A stretch of 61,395 bases of DNA, filler included, from Choristocarpus tenellus KU-1152 (GCA_964200185.2; 11 parts of 11 records of this genome joined end to end with filler, not necessarily neighbours in it), one strand, 5' to 3'; numbered from the whole stretch's first letter, positions 12,900-26,791 are shown. Notes: generated by a model not told the origin, from the letters alone. Numbers and translations: made by a program.

Positions 12900-15800
12900 G
12901 TCACGTATAGACAGTTCAACCACGGGAACTGATCTATGATAGCTTGTAAGGACTCCACTCCATGTTGGGGCTTAGAACTCTGTTATTTGTTAAAAGAGTT
13001 GGCTTAGGTCCTATTACGGACAACATATGCTCCAAACATCAAACAATGCAAACACCTCAGCTATGTTAGGAAACTCTCCATGCTGGGTTCACAACACCCC
13101 CAGAACCAAGCATGCTACCAATAGTAGCAAAACTGCGAGCTCAACAAAGAATAGCATACAACATCCAACTCAAATGTCAATCTTGTACTGCTGCCTAATC
13201 GCATTACGCACTTGAGCAAGCAACTTCAGCTTCGACTGTTTACATAGAAAGATAGAGGCATCCCCTAAAATGGAAGAGAGTTGCTCCCATGTCCTCTCGT
13301 CCTCACTAATTCCCAAAAAATCCACCAAAACCTGGTATTCATACCCTTCTACCCTATGCACTGCCAGAATATTAGACAGTTCAAATTCTCCCTGGTTCTG
13401 CATGTCCTGGAACGTTTGCTTCATCTCCGTGGTCACGTTCAGCTCCTTGCCTGCATAGAACCACAACCTCTAGCCGCTGCACCATTGCTGCTCTGCTACA
13501 ATTCCCAGCTTCGCCCATGTGTGCACACACCATCAGGCGTGTCCGCAGATCCTTTTGTCTCATCAGGTATCCACGGTAAGGCTATTTTCTCAGCACCCAC
13601 CTGCATCATGCCATCCTGGTCTTGATGTACACGGCCAGCAGAGGTAATAATCTTCTGCTTGCATTCACTGTCACACCCCCGACGACCTTGCTGGTCACTA
13701 GTTATGCCTCATGCACCACCACTCTAGATGGCAGGGTGTCCTCCCCCTGCACCTCTGTAGACACGGCTACGGCTTGCACTACCACCGTAGCGACATCAGC
13801 CCACCTGGACAAGTCTCTCCAGCAGTTCTGCTCTCCAGTGATGCGCTGGATGGTGAAGTTGTACTGTCCCAGGAACATGACAAAATGTAAAAGACGTTGA
13901 GCAGACCTTGGACAGATCTGTGACACACAAGGATGGGTGGAAGACATGTGCGAGAATGCAATGGTCACAAAATATGGGGACCACCTGCCAGAGCACCCAC
14001 TCCAGGTGCTGGTAAGTCCCCACGATGACAAATGCCACCTTATCCACCATGACCCAGCGTAGCTGTGATCTCCAGAAGGAACTACTTAGGAATCCCAGCA
14101 ACTCATGTCTCATATTTTCCACTGCCATACCTCTATTCAGCTCCACCTGAGGGACCTGTGTAACAAAACACCCCCAGTGCTTGTCAGAGGTGTCTGGAGA
14201 CATCACCACAGCACACTCTTCCCTGGGGTGTGAGAGCTCCACCACCTGTGAGACCATGTTCATTGCACTGAAATCTGTCACCAGCCGGTAGCCCCATTCC
14301 TCAAGCTTGGGCAAAGGCAATGATAGGTTGCTCCATACATCCTGTGGGGTCCACCTCAGCATCCCCAGTACGACCAGCAGACCCATCCTGCCATCCAGGT
14401 CTGTTGCCCTGAGTCTAGCCCTCACAGGAGTCGCCCCTTCCTTCAGCGCCACCAGCATGGGCTCCACCTTGCCAGGCGGATCACACCCCAAGAATACCCG
14501 GAACACATTGGTCCTGGTTGCTATCACTTGTTGTAGGCACCCCGAGGCACCCAAGGGCATCCCGCCCCTTTGTGCCTCTTGTAAGGAGATTCTAAGCCCA
14601 AGCCCCGTTTTTGTCCCTCCTCTATAGGGTCCATCATGAGCTCAGGGCCTTGCCCCAGTAGTCCAGAGACGGAGTCATTGCCTCTGTCCAGATGAGCAGT
14701 CCCTATGCTCTCCTGCATCACCTTCATGCTAACACTCATACACCGCATAGAAGTAATATCTTGTTCCAGATCTGTGATGTGCAGTTCTGTCTTCCTCTGG
14801 GCCACCTCCTCGAAGGATCGCTTTATGTCAAAGCCTAACACGTCCCGCAATGTCTTGCTGTCCACAATATTCACGTCAACATTTCCTGATATAACCGCCA
14901 AGACAAGATTTCTCACGACCACGGGCCCGTAGTCCGAGTGGAGTGCCGCATTTAAGGGACGAGTCACACTCCCTATGGTCTCAGAGAAGTCATTTGCAAT
15001 CTTTACAGGGAAGGGCTGGTGGAGGGGCTTCATTAGCACTACTCCACCAAAATACTGCTGCATTTTTTTCACCAGGCTCTCAGATATGCCTGTGATCCCT
15101 GACTCTGGGTCCATCAAGGCCTTCATACTGAAAGGCAACTTTCCGTGCATATTGACCCCTACTGGTGTAACATATGCTGTACCTTGGTGGCTCAGTCTTT
15201 CTACATCTACCCCTTTCGTAGCCAGGGACGCATCCTCATGAGTGCCCTGGATTTTCTGCGGGTCAGTATGGCCGGCATAAGGATCAATGTTGGGATCCAG
15301 GCTTGGCAGCAGCAGAGGCATCCCATGATCCACATGATCAGGAACCATCTCATTGACCCTCACTGCCCTGCCACTCGTACTCCTGCCCTTGCCCAGATCC
15401 TCTCCCATGGTCTGTGCCTCTACCACGTTGCTGTGAGTGCCCCTGCTGCTGATGCCGCTGCTCTTTCCGTACTCCAACCAGCAAGCTTCGGCATTGAGCA
15501 TGTTTATGCCCAACTTTCCAACATATATCACAAGTCCCTTGGAACTAACTTGTCCTTCCTCACACTTAATCCTTTACCAGGTGTGTCTTCCCCTGACTTA
15601 CCCATCGTCTCCCCAAATTAAGGCTCCCCTGTAGGTGTTTGCCACCAGCTTCATCTTGATTGGTTTGTTTCGTTTCGTGTGCCTGGGCCCTCTCATAAGT
15701 CCTCCATTTTTCGACTTCCTCCTTTGCCAGCTCAAAGATCTTGTCTGGATCCTGAGCTCAGGGTCCCAAGTTACGTACTTAGAAATTTCGGCCTTAAACG

Positions 15801-16630
15801 CAGGGGGGTTGAGCCCTGCAATAACGGCCTCCGAGAGTACCTTCCCAAACACTGCTTTCCAATCCTCCCCTACTTGTCCAATATTCAGTCAGAAAACACC
15901 ATCAAGATTATTATCTTCCAGATAGCCTCGATGTGCCAGATGACTCCCATGACCCGATCAGGGCCGGAACCTTAATTTCCCATTCGGGCCACCCTCTGCA
16001 AGTCCCTTTGGATTTGCCCAATGTCGAAGATTGGGTCTTCGTAATCGACTCGCGCCACCTACTTAAGCGCTTTTAGGAGTTGGTCCTCTGTTGCTGTAGC
16101 CCAATTGCTTTTGATTTCGCCCTTACCACTGCTTGTCTCTGAGCAACGGTTAAGGACTCGGACAGCATCATATTTGCAACTTTTACACCTTATTTTAAGT
16201 GCTGCACTTTAACGCTCATCTCGTATTCGCGTCGAGCTGTCAGAAACTCCCTCACCTCCATCTCTGCAAGTCTCTCAACCTGTGGAGGTTGAATATGCTG
16301 CGCTACCTACAATTTCGACCAATCGGTTTCACGCAAGCCCCCCCAGGCTGCGCCAGGTCCATCTCCATCGTTCCTTGACATATTGGACCTCTTCAATCAA
16401 GTAACTATGCTGGTTTCTGCCCGGTTGTGTGCGCTCCAACCTCCAGCAAGTTCCCGTGATCACGTGTTGGACTTCCCCAGCCAACCCTATTGCCACGCTC
16501 GATCCTATGGTCAGATCTCGAGAATTCAATTGACTATAGAAAATTCAACCACAGGAACTGATCATGATAGCTTTTAAGGACTCCATCCACCGCACGTTGT
16601 GGCTTACAGCTCTGTAATTTGTTGAAGGAA
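12900..16630 (-). mobile_element. Degenerate Ty3/gypsy LTR retrotransposon with chromodomain, internally deleted
   Basis: Direct-repeat (LTR) remnants ttcaaccac.ggaactgatc..atgatagctt.taaggactcca at ~12915 and ~16545. Possible PBS TGGCGCAG near 16355. Then gag-like 16300-15600, protease relic ALMDPESG near 15120, RT relic YRLVTDF, RNase H DTSDKHWGCFVTQVP..CDH..GEQNCWRDLSRWA, and chromodomain FELSNILAVH..YQVLVDFLG..ERTWEQ (13170-13400). Many frameshifts; boundaries approximate. Confidence 0.85.
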
Positions 16631-17776
16631 TAGAGGATTTTCAAAATTGAGGCAGGAGCGGGACTATGAGTATCGTTGTTTTGCGAAAACTGTCTTAAAA
16701 AAGTACCTCAAGTTTTTTTTATATGACTGTTTTTGCACTTGGAAGGGCCCCTTTTATNNNNNNNNNNNNNNNNNNNNNNNNNNNNNNNNNNNNNNNNNNN
16801 NTTAATTAATTAANNNNNNNNNNNNNNNNNNNNNNNNNNNNNNNNNNNNNNNNNNNNCCCCCCACACACACACACACACAGAGAGATACTTTGGGTCTCT
16901 ACATGGAGAACCTGCAGAGCTAACCCTAACCCTATAAAACCACCCATGATATTTAACTTACAATTTGGAACACAAGGGAGTAGAGGTTGGATTAACGCTT
17001 ATTGATGAAGAATCCCTTGGCTATGCTGTTCATGGGTGTCTCTCCGGAAGTGAAAACACTCTTCTGAGAGACAAGGTTGTCCTTTGTTGTTCAATCAGAT
17101 TCAACAACAACGGACCCCTCTTTACATCTACATCGACTACTGTCCGACTTATTAGGGTCACAGCAAAAGATNNNNNNNNNNAGCTGAGTCGCAATTTATC
17201 CCACAAACCAAGCATGTCTACACACTCCAATGCTTGGATCACACCAAACCAGGAATACATATAAAAAGACTGCGCATCTCAAGCAGGGGACTTGGTAGTC
17301 CTATTCCTTGCTCCCGACATGCATTCACAAGTGTACCAGACCTGTCAAATGATACACATTGATCGATTTGCTGTGCCCAGTGGCATCTCAAAAATGCACA
17401 ATAAATAGAATTTAGTGAATACGCGACCCTAGAGGCCACAGTCAAAAGAGTCCACGACATGATGTCCACTACAGATTACGCAAAGTTTCCTCCCAAAATT
17501 TGGGTAGCGGCACCTCTGCGAGGAAGATTCAAGGTATTCATTAGTGATGCAATTTCATCCTGTCCACAACTGGACCAGTGAAAGGGAGGTTTATATATCA
17601 CACCATCACCTTCCAATCAGATGGAGTACAATGGCCAGTACAAGGGGCAACAGTTGCAAGAGGCAAGTGGGGTCCCTTCATCCATTGTTTGGGATCATGT
17701 TAGACGTATAATAATGCTTTCGCTAAATCTTCCACTCTAAGCCCATGTGATTGTGTTCATACTAGATTGCTCGCAC

Positions 17777-18644
17777 CTAATAACATGGAAATTGGTGACA
17801 ATGTGACCCTGGTCGTCCCAAACAAATCCGGAGCCTGTACCTGCTGGCACCTCTAGTATGTTCATGCTGAAAGCATCTCTCTGGCTCACAAAGGTGTTGA
17901 TATATACAACCCCAGGTGTGGACTGCAGAAACGTTTAGGTTGGGTTGAAGCAATAAGAGGGCGTCAGTATACAGCCTCTCCTGTTCTGGTGTGGACAGAA
18001 GGATGGAACTGTGTTGATACCGCCTTGGCCACTACTAATTTATGAGTACGCTAAGACATCGAAATACTTGGGGTTAAGAATCGAGACCAATATCGAATAT
18101 TCATCGACGAACATAAATCAGTAGCACTGTAACCAGGATGCGGGCGAGATGTAGATTAAGAGGTAAAGGTTGAATGCATTGGAGTGCCCTCAGGAAGTGA
18201 TGACCTACCATAGAACAACAATCTGCCCTCAAGGAAGGTTCATATATCGTATCACCTGAGACACCAATCCAGCCCCGCTAAAGATCGAACCTGCTCAAAT
18301 ATTTTGATATAGGCGTTCTCCTCGGACACAAGACTGGGTGCGGCTCGAATCTCTTTAATCATGGTTTCAGAAAAGGCTGGACTTGGGGCACCCAGCCACC
18401 CTGTCGAGATAACAGTGGATGCTAGGGCAACTGTGGCCATTGCCTTCTTCCAACACAACCCTCTTTCCCCTTTCTCCTCCAAACTCATCCGGAGGGAAGA
18501 AGTACCAGGGACGGCGGAGTCAGACACCGCCAACAACTCTGTTATTGAACAAGACATCTTCAATATTCCCGGAAAGTATAGAAGGGCTGTCGTAGAAAGG
18601 GCGGGGAGTAAGACCCCTCCCACGACAGACAAGCATATTCGCAT
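17777..18644 (-). CDS. DEG1: Deg/HtrA serine protease, Deg1-like (plastid/thylakoid lumen); first two exons, rest beyond the contig end
   Basis: Exons 18644-18291 and 17922-17777 give EENAYIKIFEQ|STPGVVYINTFVSQRDAFSMNILEVPAGTGSGFVWDDQGHIVTNFHVIR (catalytic His motif TNFHV). N-terminal signal peptide plus a second hydrophobic segment ending SPAFS. Confidence 0.88.
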
Positions 18645-20060
18645 GTCTTGTGCAACTTTTGTGATCCCCTGCCTTCCTCACTGTGCTGATCTTCCTGCTT
18701 GGTTGAAAGACCTTGTTAGCAACCTTTGCATATGCAACCTTTACATATGCAACCTTTACATATGGATCATGTTACATCGCTTTTCACCTCCGGGGGTGAT
18801 GGTGGGGGTGTTTGAAGCAAACATATTATTTGTGGAAGTAATGAAGTACTAGTGCCATTGTAGTAGCGGTAGTAGTAGTATCACTACTACTAAAATTAGT
18901 GGTAGACAAGTAAACATTACTACGAAGAAAACGAAGAATGTAGGGATGGTGCACGAAAGGTTAAGGATCGGACGCCTCAAACCCAGACTTAGTGATCGAA
19001 AAAGTTAAGAGGATCGAGCATCGTTGACATGGACATGGTAAGGTAACATTAATGGGAGAAAAATCCCGATACTTTTATGGAAAGCAGGGTTGTCCGTTAT
19101 CATACCTTTATTGCTGTAATGCTATATACCGTCATACAGGCTGAGGTTCCTTGTCAGGAATCCCGGATTCCAGTGGAGGTGATGGAGTAAGGCGACAACG
19201 GTACACGAGGCAGGCACGGGCAAGGAACTAGTGTAAGCGGAGGGTATAATTTCTCTCCGGGAATAGATGCACAGGTTCGATCTCGCAGAACGGAGAAGGA
19301 TGGATGGAGAACGGAATGGGCTCACATGGGGACGAGGTGGAGGCGATCGAGGATGGGGATGGCAGCCCATGAGATAGACACGGGCAAGGGGGGAACATAA
19401 GCAGAGCACACCACTCTTCTTGGGGAATAGGCAGACAGGTCTCGTCTTTGCAGGATGGTGAAGCCTGGAGGGAAAACCGAACGAGCACACAGGGGGATGG
19501 GGCTAAAGAGGTGGTAGAGGCACACGACGATGGTCACAGGGAGAGGGGACCGCCCCTTGTTATGAATATGCTTTTTATTCGTGTATAAAAGATTCTGTGG
19601 GAGAAACATTTAGTTGAACTATTGTTGGATAACGGGATAAGTCATAGTAATGTCTTTGTCAGGTGACTACGGAAATATTATCTGGGTTATTATAGTACAA
19701 CAAGAAGAATCCTAGAAAAGAAATGTTGTAGCAAGCAACATAGCAAGTAACACAGATTGAGTGACGAGTTACTAGTGATCAGTAATGAGTGAAAGGTTTA
19801 TCACCCCTCTTCTTGAACGATATATCTCACTCCAACTTTCTAGAAGGAATTAATCTGCATATTTCAATATCAAGACTTAGGATTCTACACATTCTTTAAC
19901 ATGCTAGCTAGCATACTTTAAAGTGTGCTGATATTTCAAGTTAGCTATTAGTAGAGGGGTCAGACGGAGTCCCGATGGCATCTGTTGTCGGTAACGTGAA
20001 CGTGGAGGTTGAAGATGTTGGTGTGGAAGTACAGGGCATGATGATGAGGAGGATCTACTG

Positions 20061-21323
20061 ATGAGGGGGATCGCGATATCAAGACGGACTGCGGGAGTGG
20101 ACCTGCAGCGCCTCATCCCACTTCCCTCCAAATTTGTGGCGTACAATGGTGACGATGATGGGGAGGGGTTTCCCTCGTACAAGAAACGATTTCTAACTTG
20201 TGCTGCAATGGGTGGATGGAAGGATGTATTATTCACTCAAGACCATATCAGGGTGGGCCTGGAAGGAGGAAATACATCGAGTAGTACACGCCGAGAAGAT
20301 TGTGAAGCCAGCATGGCGTTGGCTGCATTTGTCTGTCTGTTTTTCCGCACCTATAACAGGCAAATTTTCCGGTTCCTGCTACATTTGCAGCGGATCAGGA
20401 CACAAAGTAAAAAATTGTCCTGGACGTGCAGTGGCTATGGCGGCAGCTAATAAACAAGTTGTAGATGGTGGTCAGCGACTACACAGAGGAATGGCGAATG
20501 GTGGAAATAATGGACCGCCGAAGATACTTGGAGGTTTCTCGACGGTGAGGGATGAGAACATTGAACAGTGGGATGATATATGGTATTTTGATACTGGGTG
20601 TTCTGCCCATATGACCAACAACCCCATTGCTTTGATAGACCAACGACCTGTTAGTGGAAAGTCTGTGACAGTTGGTACAGGACAGAAACTTTGAGCTTTC
20701 CATTACGTTGTATACAGAATGAGAAGGTTTATGATTTTGTTCTGTGAAATGTGTGGTTGGTTCCAGAGTTAAAGTTCAATATTTTCTCAATGGTTCAAGC
20801 TGGGCGCCAATCAGGTGGAGAAATTTATTGGCGAGGGGAAAATTCTTTGATGTTGACCCCATCAGCAGGTGGACCTCCCCGTATTTTTTCAACCCGTGGA
20901 AAGAATTTAATTTCTTCACATTAAAGGCTAGGTGGAGAATGCCTACAAAACCTACACCACCACGTAGACCAACTCTCCCTTACCCACCTGATGAGACCGA
21001 AGTGGCATTTGCGCTTGGAGGAAGAGCAGTAATGGAACTCGCCCAAGTGGGAGCTGGAGGTGTCAATTTCGCGCAGGATGGGGATGGAAGTATTGAGCTC
21101 ACCCAGGAGGGGGCTAGAGGAGTCGACTTCGCGCAGGATGAGGCTCGAGGTATCGACCTAGCCCACGGTGGGGCTAGAGATGTCGATCTCGCCCAAGAGG
21201 GGAGTGGTAGGGATATCGATTGAGAAGGATTGATGATCGACACTACTTCATCAGTGGAGGATGCTGTAGAAACGAGTAAACCTTCCCCCGAGGGGGTTGA
21301 AGCTAATGCCATTGTTCCAGAGG
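20061..21323 (+). mobile_element. Degenerate Ty1/copia retrotransposon fragment (gag, zinc knuckle, protease)
   Basis: gag-like FPSYKKRFLTCAAMGGW, CCHC knuckle CYICSGSGHKVKNC, copia-type protease WYFDTGCSAHMT. Frameshifted. The upstream ~19100-19700 segment may be LTR (unverified). Confidence 0.8.
21035..21214 (+). repeat. Six 30-bp (10-aa) tandem repeats within the copia fragment
   Basis: ELAQVGAGGV NFAQDGDGSI ELTQEGARGV DFAQDEARGI DLAHGGARDV DLAQEGSGRD. Confidence 0.85.
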
Positions 21324-24300
21324 NNNNNNNNNNNNNNNNNNNNNNNNNNNNNNNNNNNNNNNNNNNNTTAATTAATTAANNNNNNNNNNNNNNNNNNNNN
21401 NNNNNNNNNNNNNNNNNNNNNNNCTGAACAGCAGAAAGTCCAACCCCCCCAAGGAAAACAAGTCCATATACAGGAGTGCACGATCCGGCCATGCACGCAA
21501 TACCCCCGCTTCCCCCCCCCTTGTTCCCAGCCTTGGCAGGCACAAGGCGCAGCGGCACAAACCCTCGGTGAATCCCTCTATGAGGACACAGAGGTGGTAG
21601 TACAAGGACAGGTTTTTAGAAAATGTCATCATCGCAGCCTTGGTGGTAAGATGATATCACAACATGGTAGTACGCAGACTACTGTGCATTATGAAGATAT
21701 TTCTCAGGGTTGTAGTGTGAGTAGAGGTGGTAGTAGTACTAGTGCTCTTGGTGTTCACGTTAGAGGGAGAATGGCGGTGATGTTATGCCCATGGCTGCTA
21801 TGGTGGATAGTGCCCGTTGCTGACTTTTGTCACAGTGCAAGCTAAGGTGAGGCAAGGAGCGGGCTTTGAAATTGCGTGTTGAAATCAAGGTAGGTTTGGT
21901 GGTGACAGTCAAGAACCTCTCCTTCCAGGATGTAATGATATTGTACGACTTGTTTCAGGAGTGATGTCGTTGTTGCAGTTGGTTGTGAAGTAGACTTGAT
22001 ATATATAGCAAGTATTCATTTGTCGTGGGAAACAAAAGGAGAAAGGCAAGACCAGTGACAGCACTACAAGGTATAGATCAGATAGCAGACGCACCTGGTT
22101 AGATCAGAGACAGCAAGGGAGCTCTCGCGATGAAGGAAATGTACAAGCAGGACCTTCCCACCCTCCCCAACAGTGGTCGCCGCAAGGCGTGGGAGTTCGA
22201 CTAAACAAGGAGAGCAGTTTCAAGCACGATGGCCCATAGAGGGATGCAGACCACATATCGACGTTGATAGGAGGTTAAAAAGTGTCAAAGATGCAATAGG
22301 GACAAGAAATAATATTGTAGAAAATATGTCTGGACGTCCTGCCCAGCAAAGGGAGGGTTAGCTTCTGCCAAAGACCTTTTTCAATTCATGACCTTGGCCT
22401 GTGAGGTGCCATGACTTGCCCACTATACCAAGATTTCTCAGGGCCCTGTGACAGCCTTATCACCTGCATCCCCACCTCCCACACTCAGGAAAGGCCCATC
22501 AGTTTTGACTGGTGTGGTAATCTGTGCATTGCATGCCCCAGTGAAAGAGTCGTGCTCATTGGCACGTGAGCCACTCACGAGTATCACCGCAGCCTCCGAC
22601 TGCAGTTGCAAGGGTTCAAGGATTCATCGAGGGTTGAATTGTGAAAGAGCGAGGATAGATGAATCGTTTGAGGGTGTTTTCGAGACCAAACTGGTAATGC
22701 TTCAACTCCAACTACGTTGTTAACAACTAGATCACTGAACAAAGTTCCAACCTCAGCTTCGATGCCTTATCAAATGGCGTGGCCAAGCATTGGTTGAAGA
22801 GGTGACCATCAATGATATTCAGCTAGAGTTCTCAAACGCATACCGGATGGGGGAGCACAGTTGGGGGTAGAAGGCTAGGTGTCTCGAGGGTGATAGACCC
22901 GACAGGCCTGAGTGACACCATTGCCGCAGCTATCGAAGTCGCGCTCCCTTATTTTCCTTAAACGAGAGGTCGTACACAGAGATTTTCCAGCATGAGATCA
23001 ACCTCTAACCTGAAGGGTATGGAAGAAGCATCCAAACTTGATTTGACTATTTTGTAGTGGTAGTAGTAGTAGCAGCAGTAATATAGTAGTAGTAGTAATA
23101 GTAGTTTTTGGATTATATTAGAAACTCAAATCAAACTAGACTTCCCAAGTTCTGTTCACAACCCTGACAGTTGTTCAACTTTCAACCTTCAACTTTCAAC
23201 TCTAAAATCTACAAGGTTGTGATGTCACAGCCGAGATATCGGATGAAGAGAAGGTGCGTGGTGAGCCTCTGTAAGCTACTTCAGTGGAATCCCTGCCTCG
23301 CGCTGTCTAGTAGTTGACGCAGGTGGGACTTGTTAATCGTGCCTCTTCCACATGTGATTTTTGAAAAACCTATGTGATCTTGTTGATGGTGATGCTTCGT
23401 CGTCGACCTTTAATATGTAGAGTACCCGAGCTTCTATGTCTCAGAGACTTACAAAGGCTGAAGATGATAATGACATAGACCTAAGTGATGTCACCCAATG
23501 GTAAGGAAGAGGAAAACGATGCCCCCCTCTTTGTGGTCAATCAAGGTTCCTCCTGGTCGAATGAGGCCAGGGCGTATCTTACACACGGGATGCTCAAGGT
23601 GAAGGGACTTCTACTACGGGAACCGGAACCACCTCCACGTCCATTGTAGAAAGAAGCTACTCCCGGGCATGGTCTTGACTTCAAGATAACGAAAGCACGA
23701 TCAACAAAGATCCTCAAGAACGACTGCTACATACTTCAACTTGGGAAAAATTGAAAATAGGATTGACTGAATCCGTAAGGCCTTATTGGACACCAAAATC
23801 GAAGATTGTATCAATCAATCAGCCGACATCGACAACCTACATTACATGAAAGCTGCACTCCTCGAAAAAGCCATCGCCAAGTTATAGACGACATCATAAT
23901 CCAAATTTAACCACTGACATACACTTTTTGAGAGGTATCTGCCCCAGAAGGACTGGAGGCCTTGCGAAAAGAGATGTCGCTTCCTTATAGTCTCTAGGAC
24001 CTGAATATGGTGTCAGCTCAGGACTACAAGGCGAGAACTTCTTGCGGAGAATGACGAAAGGGAGGCGTATGGAGCATTTTGGAAACACTTTTTTTAATTG
24101 TGTGAGGCACGTTCCTATCTTTGCTGAATAATATAGGTGAGAGGATTCACTTGGATTAAGGGTGAAAAGATAACATTACCTTATTGTTTTGCAGAAGTTG
24201 GACGTCCTCAGGTCAAACTTAACACTTCATCCATAGCAATATGGGTGAATTGCGAGACTTTAGAAAACTGGCTAAAATACAAAACGACCAAAACCTGCGT

Positions 24301-25522
24301 ATCTCTCGTTTACTTTGACTCTATGCTGGAGCTAATGCCTGTCTGTTTCAGACAGTAGTAAATATCTTATCAGGATATCATGCCAATCAATATTTTCAAG
24401 TTCAAGGTGTATGGGATCAGCATGTCAGTCAGCCTAAATACAAGCGAGGTTGATGGGATGTGGTCAGCATCGCATCATCAAGGTCATGGTCAAGGTCAGA
24501 GGGCACGAGGCCAGCAATACGGTCAGCTTGAATACTAGTCAAGAGTTACATGGTGTCAGCATATATGTCTCTTATATATTTGTACAAACAGGGGATACTC
24601 AATAGTGGTGAAAGGAGGAGTAAATGCTTTACGATGTCAACAACTCTTGACAAGCGCTTGTGATGAGAATGCGGTACATGATGATTTTAATCAATACTCC
24701 AGTGTGTGAAAACACAAGCGTGCAATGTGATCAAATCAACATAGCTGACGAGATCAATAGACCATGTGTGCACACTTCTCCTTCCTCACATTCTAATATG
24801 ATTGGAAATATCGCTCATGACGACCACAATATTCCAAGTGGACACTAGGACGTACAATGTTGATGGGTGAGCTGTAAATACGATATGAGGTGACTGTGCG
24901 GTCATTACATCATGTCAAGGGGCTCATGCCACTCAAGAACAGAGAACAAATGAGATTTAGTTGAAACCTTCATCACTTATCAGTGGTGAACTTGAATCAA
25001 CATCTTGTCCAGGTTAGTATTTTCATGACGATCAGTAATGCATTTAATGAACACGAGACAAGTGCTTAATGTGCCCAATGATACGGTCTCTTCACACCAC
25101 CACAGGTGTGCACTCATGCAAACGAGGACAGTTGAGAGATAAAATACTTCGCATTATTAATTCATGTAAATGTCCACCAACATGCATGTATTGTCTTTTT
25201 GGAATGGATTGATAGAATAGGTTAACACGAGATGACAAGACAAACCTGCTCGTGAGCAGGATGACCGAGATATCTGTTACCACCTCTCTAATCTCTTCAC
25301 AAAATGATAAACTATACCAACCTACGACAATGTGACTTAAAAATGATTTGACAGCCCCCTTTCTGTTATACCCTCCTGTTCCTCTCCCCCCTACTGCGTG
25401 CGTAGCTAGCTCAACCAGAAAACTTTCAGCTTGCATGCCAAGGAGTCAAAAAATTTCCACCGCGAAGGTGTTGAGGTTATAACTACGAGGGGTCGTGGGT
25501 GCGCTTTCGGGCCTCAACTACT

Positions 25523-26182
25523 ATTATTATTATGCCCTCTGACTTTTTGGAGGTGCGTCAAGGAAAAAACAATGAAAAGTCAATCAAATATCAGAACCTC
25601 TGAAAAAGTAATAGTTGTCGTAAATGCGAAATACTTTTTTCTATCATCTACATACTATTTTACTTCCAGCTATGCTGCACCACTCCCCTCCTATGCTTCC
25701 AACCTACCTTAGCCCTACACCAAAGGGTGAAGAGGTAGGGAAGCATCCCAAGAAACTGACAGGCCCCTCCTTGCCCATCTCCCTGGTGCCTCCAGCTTAA
25801 AACGCATGACACACGTCTTGATAAAGGTACTTGTATTGTGATAAACATATTGTTTATTATTTATTATCATGTCCTCTCACATTATCCAGATGTGTCAGAG
25901 GAAAAAAGAAATGAAAAGTCAATCAAATATCAGAACCTCAGAAAAAGTAATAGTTGTCGTAAATGCGGAATACTTTTTTATCATATATATGCTATTTTAC
26001 CACCAGCTATGCTACACCACTGCCCCCTATCCCTCCAACCTACCTTAGCCATGCACCCTAGGGTGAGGAGCTAGGGAAGCATCCCAAGAATCTGACAAGA
26101 CCCTCCTTGCCCATCTCCTTGGTGTATTTCATTATTATGCCCTCTGACATTTGTAGATGTGTCAAGGGGGAAACCAATGAAG
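25523..26182 (+). repeat. Tandem repeat of a ~270-340-bp unit, 2 full copies + 1 partial
   Basis: ttatt.t..tg.cctct..ca..aatgaaaagtcaatcaaatatcagaacctc..aaaaagtaatagttgtcgtaaatgcg..agggaagcatcccaagaa..ccctccttgcccatctcc at ~25523 and ~25860; the unit restarts at ~26130. Confidence 0.85.
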
Positions 26183-26653
26183 ACTATACACATGTCAGTA
26201 TAAGCCCTAAATGTGAAAGACACTAATCTATTTTGTTACTTCACCACTATGTGGTTGGTGGATCCAGGTTTGTCGTTATATACCATCATTGCCGTATGCA
26301 ATATACCGCCATACCGATTGGGGTTGTTTTATGATAATTTCGGTTCAACTGTGTGAAGGATCTTTGCCTAGACAGAATCATACGCATACGATTCATCTAT
26401 GCAAAGGAGTATGGTTGTAGTAAATAAGGATTCTCGAGTCAAACTGTTTGGGACGAGAACTTTTATTGATTATTCAATTCATTTACTAAGTGCAAGTTGA
26501 AATGACCCAAAGTATCTGTGGGAGGGGGGGGGTCTACACNNNNNNNNNNNNNNNNNNNNNNNNNNNNNNNNNNNNNNNNNNNNTTAATTAATTAANNNNN
26601 NNNNNNNNNNNNNNNNNNNNNNNNNNNNNNNNNNNNNNNCCAGATACTTTGAC

Positions 26654-26791
26654 CCCTAACCCTAACCCTAACCCTAACCCTAACCCTAACACTAACACTA
26701 ACACTAACACTAACACTAACACTAACACTAACACTAACACTAACACTAACACTAACACTAACACTAACACTAACACTAACACTAACACTAA
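26654..26791 (+). repeat. Telomere-like array: ~6x CCCTAA followed by ~17x variant CACTAA
   Basis: Direct reading; starts immediately after a MITE terminus (ccagatactttgaccc). Confidence 0.9.

Noticed and set aside
22450-24350. Decayed coding-like sequence on both strands, possibly non-LTR or gag relics
   Set aside because: Many stops and no diagnostic motif I can name with confidence
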